Assembly: GCA_026415655.1 (NCBI GenBank)
Contig: JAOAGR010000008.1
Location: 551-64,550, forward strand
Source of the DNA: Candidatus Dojkabacteria bacterium
Lineage (GTDB): Bacteria > Patescibacteriota > Dojkabacteria > JAOAGR01
Length of the DNA stretch: 64,000 nucleotides
Direction of reading: 5' to 3'
Part shown: piece after piece, positions 59,044 to 64,000 of the stretch
Position numbering within the stretch: the stretch's first letter is position 1
How the letters are laid out: each line of letters starts with the position of its first letter
Notes under the pieces: model-generated
Databases searched by the model: none
What the model was told of the DNA's origin: nothing
What the model saw: the letters and a program-made list of their open reading frames with translations, nothing else
Made by a program: the position numbers and the translations under genes

Positions 59044-62000
59044 TTTTTCTTATTTTTACTTTTAGCCTCCAAGAATGCCTTTTCCAACTCCTCTTGAGCT
59101 TTTCTGATAGCTTCTTTTGCTGATACTTTCGATTCTTCCTTCCTAGCAATTCGCTTTATCTTTGAGGTATAACGCAATACCGTTGAAGCAACCTGACTAT
59201 CAACAGACTCCATAAACTGGGCAAACATATCATAACCTTGATTTTGATATACATACAAGGGATCTCTCTGAGCATATCCCTGGAGAGTAATACCAGTACG
59301 TAAATCACGCATATTTTCTAGATGATCTAACCACAAAGTGTCTATACTTTGTAATAAAACATATTTTTCTATTTCACGCATTGTGATAAATCCTTCTTCT
59401 TTTTCTTTTAGATCATATACCTCATCAACTAATATGCTAATTTGTTCTTTTAATCTTATTTTTGAAGGATTTGACAATATAAATTCATAATAAGTCTCAT
59501 AATCAGAATCAAATTTGTTATTGATACCAGTATCAATGTACTCCTGTGGAATAAATTTATTTAATTCTTTCAACAAAAGCTCCAAATCATTTTTAGTAAA
59601 AGTATCAGATTTTATGACTTCATCAACAATACTAACGGCATATTTTTTAACCTTTCCAACGACATAATCTCTAAGCCTACTAGTACCTTCTGGCACTCCA
59701 TCATCTTTTGTATCCTCCTTGATTTCTTGCGTTCTTTTAAGATAAAGTTCTTTTGCCTCATCAAAAAGTCTCATTATGCTTCTTCGGCGTTCGTATACAA
59801 CCAATCTTTGTTGATTTAAAACATCATCATAATCAACTAAATTCTTACGTACATCAAAATTTTCTGCCTCTACCTTTCTTTGGGCACTTTGAATCGTCTT
59901 TGCAAATATAGCTGCAATCCTTCCTTCTAATCTAAAATCAGATGGTAAATTTGCTGTTTTGAGAATAGTTTTGATCTTATCACCACCATAGATACGCATC
60001 AGATCATCATCTAAAGCTAGATAAAATTGTGATTTACCAGGGTCTCCCTGTCGTCCTGCACGTCCTCTAAGCTGATTATCAATACGCCTTGATTCATGCC
60101 TTTCTGTACCTATCACATACAGTCCACCTAATTCACGTACACCAGGTCCTAATTTGATATCGGTACCACGTCCCGCCATATTGGTGGATATCGTAACTGC
60201 ATACTTTTGTCCAGCTTTTGCAACGATTTCAGCTTCACGCGCGTGATTTTTAGCGTTCAATAGTTCGAATGGAATCTTTTCCTTTTTCAAAAGTTCTGCT
60301 AATTTTTCTGACTTCTCAACAGAAACTGTACCCACTAGTACTGGCTGACCTTTTTTGTAGTGTTTTTTAATATCTTTTACGATAGCCTTAAATTTACTAT
60401 CTATATCTAGATAGAAAACGTCAGGTAAATCTTTTCTTATCATTTGTCTGTGAGTTGGGATCACAACTACATCAAGGTTATAAATTTTACCGAATTCTTC
60501 AGCCTCAGTCAGTGCTGTACCAGTCATTCCTGACAATATTGGGAATAATCTGAAGTAATTTTGATAGGTAACAGTCGCTTCTACCCTAGACTCCTGTTTT
60601 ATTTCAACTCCTTCCTTCGCTTCGATAGCCAGATGTATACCATCCGAAAACCTTCTTCCATGTTGTAAACGCCCAGTGAACTCATCAACAATAATGATCT
60701 CCTTTCCTGACACAACATAATGCACATCTTTTTTATAATAGTATGTTGCTACCAATGCACGATTTAGGTGTTTTACCAAAAGAGGATTTGACCAAATAGA
60801 ATTATCACCAAGTTCTGACTCTACTTTTTTGATACCACTTTCGGTCAAAGTAACGGTCCTATATTTTTCATTAACTAAATAATCAGACTTATCCAATTTC
60901 TTTACTAAAGCCGCAAACTTACGATAAAGATCAATAGAATCGGTAGAAGGTCTAGAAATAATAAGCGGTGTACGAGCCTCATCTATCAAAATAGAATCAA
61001 CCTCATCAATAATACAAAAAAATGGATCACGTTGATTCATATCTTCAAAACTTTTTTGCAAATTATCTCTTAGATAGTCAAAACCAAATTCTGAATTTGT
61101 CCCATAAGTAACATCACAACTGTATGCATCCTTTTTATCAGTTTCTACTAAACAAAAACCCTTTAACGAGCTATAATTAGTCCAATCAATCTTTTTAGCT
61201 TGAACCACTATATCATCAGGTACACTAAAATCAGCTAACTTTTCGGGATCTACATATTTATAAGATTTATCATCATTTACAACACCTACCGTAATACCAA
61301 GATACCCAAGCATATGACCAACCCATTCAGCATCACGACGTGCAAGATAGTCATTAACAGTTACCAAATAAGCTCCACGACCAAATAATGAGTAAACAAA
61401 AAGGGCAAGAGGTGCAACCAAAGTTTTTCCCTCTCCAGTTTTAAATTCTATAATTCTGCCTTGTGCCAAAGCAATACCAGCCATTAATTGTACCTCAAAA
61501 TGTTTATGATCAGATGTACGTCTTGCCGCTTCTCTGACGATCGCAAAACACTCAGGTAAATTTTCTATCACAAAATTTAATACTTTTTTACCTTGAGTTG
61601 TATCAAACCATGATTTGCCCTTTTCCATCAATATTGGCGTATCAGGCGGAAAAAATCTTTGAAATTTCTCACGCAATTCTTGTGTTTTCTGTATTAGTTC
61701 ATCTTGGGTAAATTTTTCATACTCTTCAGACAGTGAATCAATTTTTCTTGATAATTTGCGTAATTTTTCTACCTGTTTTTCATTTGTGTCAAAAAATACA
61801 GATTGTAACTTATCAAAAAATCCTGCCTTCTTGGTAGTTTTATCTAATACAACATCAGAAGGTTTATATTTCCTTGTAAAAATTTTTAATAATTTACTAA
61901 TTTTTGCATCATTACTTTTTTTAATTTTGGATGCTTCTTTTTTGGTATCCCTTTGTACTTTAGAATTTTTAGAAATGGTTAAATTTTCTTGATTGTTATC

Positions 62001-62054
62001 TTTTTTACTATCAAACTTTAACTTTTTTTCAACTAATTTTTTTTCTTTTTCCAT
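59040..62054 (-). CDS. secA: Preprotein translocase subunit SecA
   Basis: KTGEGKT, VTVNDYLA, IDEVDSILIDEARTPL, TNMAGRGTDI, RIDNQLRGRAGRQGDPG. Confidence 0.98.
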   Translation of the reverse strand: MEKEKKLVEKKLKFDSKKDNNQENLTISKNSKVQRDTKKEASKIKKSNDAKISKLLKIFTRKYKPSDVVLDKTTKKAGFFDKLQSVFFDTNEKQVEKLRKLSRKIDSLSEEYEKFTQDELIQKTQELREKFQRFFPPDTPILMEKGKSWFDTTQGKKVLNFVIENLPECFAIVREAARRTSDHKHFEVQLMAGIALAQGRIIEFKTGEGKTLVAPLALFVYSLFGRGAYLVTVNDYLARRDAEWVGHMLGYLGITVGVVNDDKSYKYVDPEKLADFSVPDDIVVQAKKIDWTNYSSLKGFCLVETDKKDAYSCDVTYGTNSEFGFDYLRDNLQKSFEDMNQRDPFFCIIDEVDSILIDEARTPLIISRPSTDSIDLYRKFAALVKKLDKSDYLVNEKYRTVTLTESGIKKVESELGDNSIWSNPLLVKHLNRALVATYYYKKDVHYVVSGKEIIIVDEFTGRLQHGRRFSDGIHLAIEAKEGVEIKQESRVEATVTYQNYFRLFPILSGMTGTALTEAEEFGKIYNLDVVVIPTHRQMIRKDLPDVFYLDIDSKFKAIVKDIKKHYKKGQPVLVGTVSVEKSEKLAELLKKEKIPFELLNAKNHAREAEIVAKAGQKYAVTISTNMAGRGTDIKLGPGVRELGGLYVIGTERHESRRIDNQLRGRAGRQGDPGKSQFYLALDDDLMRIYGGDKIKTILKTANLPSDFRLEGRIAAIFAKTIQSAQRKVEAENFDVRKNLVDYDDVLNQQRLVVYERRRSIMRLFDEAKELYLKRTQEIKEDTKDDGVPEGTSRLRDYVVGKVKKYAVSIVDEVIKSDTFTKNDLELLLKELNKFIPQEYIDTGINNKFDSDYETYYEFILSNPSKIRLKEQISILVDEVYDLKEKEEGFITMREIEKYVLLQSIDTLWLDHLENMRDLRTGITLQGYAQRDPLYVYQNQGYDMFAQFMESVDSQVASTVLRYTSKIKRIARKEESKVSAKEAIRKAQEELEKAFLEAKSKNKKK

Positions 62055-62112
62055 ATGTTAAAATGAATTTATCTTGTGTGATAATATCAGATTTTTTGAA
62101 ATATATTAAATT

Positions 62113-62556
62113 ATGGATAGTGTAACATTGTATACAGATGGGGCTTGTTCAGGAAATCCGGGAGTAGGGGGGTGGGCATGTCTAATCCTCTACAAAGACG
62201 AAAAAATAATCTGTAAAGGCTATAATCCTAGCACGACTAATAATCAAATGGAACTAATAGCCTTTATAGAAGGAATAGAATTCGTACTACGACGATATCC
62301 AAATATAAAAAACATTATGGTCTTTACGGATTCCCAGTATCTATCAAAAGGTATTAACGAATGGATACATAAATGGGTTGAAAATGATTGGCAAAATTCT
62401 GATGGTAAAGAGATAAAAAACCTTGATTTATGGAGAAAAATCTATGATTTTTTGAAAAAATTAAATATCAAATGTAATTGGACAAAAGGACATAATAATG
62501 ATGAATATAACAATCTTGTAGATAAAGAAGCACGAAGCATGATAGAAATAAGTTAA
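62113..62556 (+). CDS. rnhA: Ribonuclease HI
   Basis: YTDGACSGNPG, TTNNQMEL, TDSQY, KNLDLW, KGH, VDKEA. Confidence 0.96.
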   Translation: MDSVTLYTDGACSGNPGVGGWACLILYKDEKIICKGYNPSTTNNQMELIAFIEGIEFVLRRYPNIKNIMVFTDSQYLSKGINEWIHKWVENDWQNSDGKEIKNLDLWRKIYDFLKKLNIKCNWTKGHNNDEYNNLVDKEARSMIEIS

Positions 62557-62599
62557 TACTTCACAAATATCTTATTTTATTGTATATTTTTACGCCTGT

Positions 62600-62675
62600 G
62601 GCTCCATCGTACAGCGGTCTAGTACATTGCCCTCTCACGGCAAAAACAGGGGTTCGAGTCCCCTTGGAGTCGCCA
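62600..62675 (+). tRNA. tRNA-Glu(CTC)
   Basis: GGCTCCATCGTACAGCGGTCTAGTAC...CTCTCAC...GGTTCGAGTCCCCTTGGAGTCGCCA. Confidence 0.96.
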
Positions 62676-62915
62676 AAATATAATATTCAAGAGATAAATT
62701 TATAATCTAAAAGCTAAACAAAACGCTATAGTACAATCTAGTTCATCCTAAAAATTAATTAATTAAATATCATTGTGATGTAGATATAGTTTAATGTTTA
62801 CTGCAAATCTACATTCTTAAACTAAAAATTTTTAAATAAATTCAGCAGTTTTCGCTATTATAAATTCTAAGATTTACATTTATATCATGCCAAAAATTCC
62901 AATAAAAGGCGAGCG

Positions 62916-62941
62916 TGACCAATGGGCTAACCCATTAGTCA
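62916..62941 (-). terminator. Hairpin downstream of the 63024..63482 gene, probable terminator or stabiliser
   Basis: Minus strand TGACTAATGGG-TTAG-CCCATTGGTCA, 11 bp with one G-U; the T run is 8 nt away, so atypical. Confidence 0.5.
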
Positions 62942-63023
62942 TCTTGATAAAATGATTAAAGCCAATAAATATTTTAAAAATAATTTAATATTCGCAACAA
63001 ACAATTTAAATATAAACTAATAT

Positions 63024-63482
63024 CTACATTATACCCGAATATTCACCGCCCTCATTAGTATAATCAAGAGGTCCACGAGATAGTATGCTTGCTGATCTTC
63101 TTCCTGGCTCAGGATTTACATCACCTGTCCTTACAGAATCGTATGGGACTAATCTTCCGTCTGTATCTATACGTCTCATATATATATCAACTGGATGCCC
63201 ATATGGATCAATTAACATCGTCGTACCATCTGGAAAAACTTTAATAAATCTATCATATATATCAACCAAATAACCATACTCATCTATAAAGTAACCATTT
63301 CCATCTCTAATTCGTTTTTGATCAGGCAGTTTATTACCTTTTTCATCTATATATTCACCAGTCTCCGGATCTATCAAATTACCTTTTCTATCAATGAATC
63401 TTCCATCTGAACGAATATAAGCTCCTGTTATAACGTCTACTATCCTACCAAACCTGTTAACATACTGTCCATGACTGTTCAT
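63024..63482 (-). CDS. Hypothetical protein made of G-x-hydrophobic-hydrophobic-D-x-x repeats
   Basis: 152 aa ORF with AGGAG 5 nt before the ATG; about 12 imperfect 7-8 aa units. Confidence 0.75.
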   Translation of the reverse strand: MNSHGQYVNRFGRIVDVITGAYIRSDGRFIDRKGNLIDPETGEYIDEKGNKLPDQKRIRDGNGYFIDEYGYLVDIYDRFIKVFPDGTTMLIDPYGHPVDIYMRRIDTDGRLVPYDSVRTGDVNPEPGRRSASILSRGPLDYTNEGGEYSGIM

Positions 63483-63540
63483 GTAAACTCCTGATTATCA
63501 ATATAAAAAACAATTAATATCATTTGAAAAAGACCTATGA

Positions 63541-64000
63541 CTAATAGGATTTATACAAATATCTTGACGTCACCCATGGCCTCCATCCCTGCACATCATA
63601 AATTTGTTTTGCTACTCTGATATTTGTATCTATATCTAAAAGTGCGTAACAATCACCGGAAAATTTATTTCTATGCCAATAACAATTTATCTGGAAAAGA
63701 CCATAATCACCAGTGTGAGATATAGCGTTAGGATTATAACCTGACTCGTACCTGACAATTGTCAGAGCTTCATTGCAATTGTTGTCAAAAACATCGCATA
63801 TTTTTCGCACGATTTCCTCGTTTGAATATGAAATAGGTATGAAAGCCATTTGGGATCGTTTTTTTTGTTCTTCTTCAATCTCTTTTTGAACTTGAGATGA
63901 TATTTGATCTAACTTTTCTTCTGAACTGTGAAACAATAAAGATATGCTTTCGTCCATTAATGCACTAATATCCACAGAGCTATGATCCAATTCTTCTAAT
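63541..64000 (-). CDS. Lytic transglycosylase/lysozyme-like protein, 5' end outside window
   Basis: YESGYNPNA, DYGLFQIN, NIRVAKQIY, GWRPW; frame open to the window edge. Confidence 0.88.
   Translation of the reverse strand, partial: LEELDHSSVDISALMDESISLLFHSSEEKLDQISSQVQKEIEEEQKKRSQMAFIPISYSNEEIVRKICDVFDNNCNEALTIVRYESGYNPNAISHTGDYGLFQINCYWHRNKFSGDCYALLDIDTNIRVAKQIYDVQGWRPWVTSRYLYKSY

Noticed and set aside
1-64000. Alternative genetic code (UGA=Gly) as in some CPR lineages
   Set aside because: Conserved genes are full length in code 11, several end in TGA (e.g. uvrB, rnj) and RF2 is present

Overview
A compact, very AT-rich bacterial chromosome segment using the standard code (TGA is a stop and RF2 is present). 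The gene content points to a Patescibacteria (CPR) organism, possibly Dojkabacteria/Microgenomates-like; this is inference, not a database result. Content includes information-processing genes, a sortase, a giant Cys-rich surface protein and almost no biosynthetic enzymes. There are about 55 CDS, including housekeeping genes (trpS, tyrS, prfB, tgt, fmt, cca, rplU-rpmA, rpmH-rnpA, topA, pcrA, uvrB, secA, rnj, rnhA, adk, mraY), and seven CCA-encoding tRNAs. I see no rRNA, CRISPR array, integrase or transposase, and no single clearly new multi-gene system. Best leads: (1) -10 boxes 6-9 nt before start codons across the window with no Shine-Dalgarno, suggesting leaderless translation; (2) a Cys-rich DUF11/LPDTN surface protein with a nearby sortase; (3) a HEPN/MNT pair with a degenerate MNT site and a slippery heptamer in the overlap; (4) a TGT lacking its Zn-binding cysteines; (5) an orphan CruF-like gene; (6) an orphan winged-helix regulator with a perfect palindrome over its own -10; (7) an unassigned heptad-repeat protein beside a lytic transglycosylase. 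All calls are by eye from motifs.
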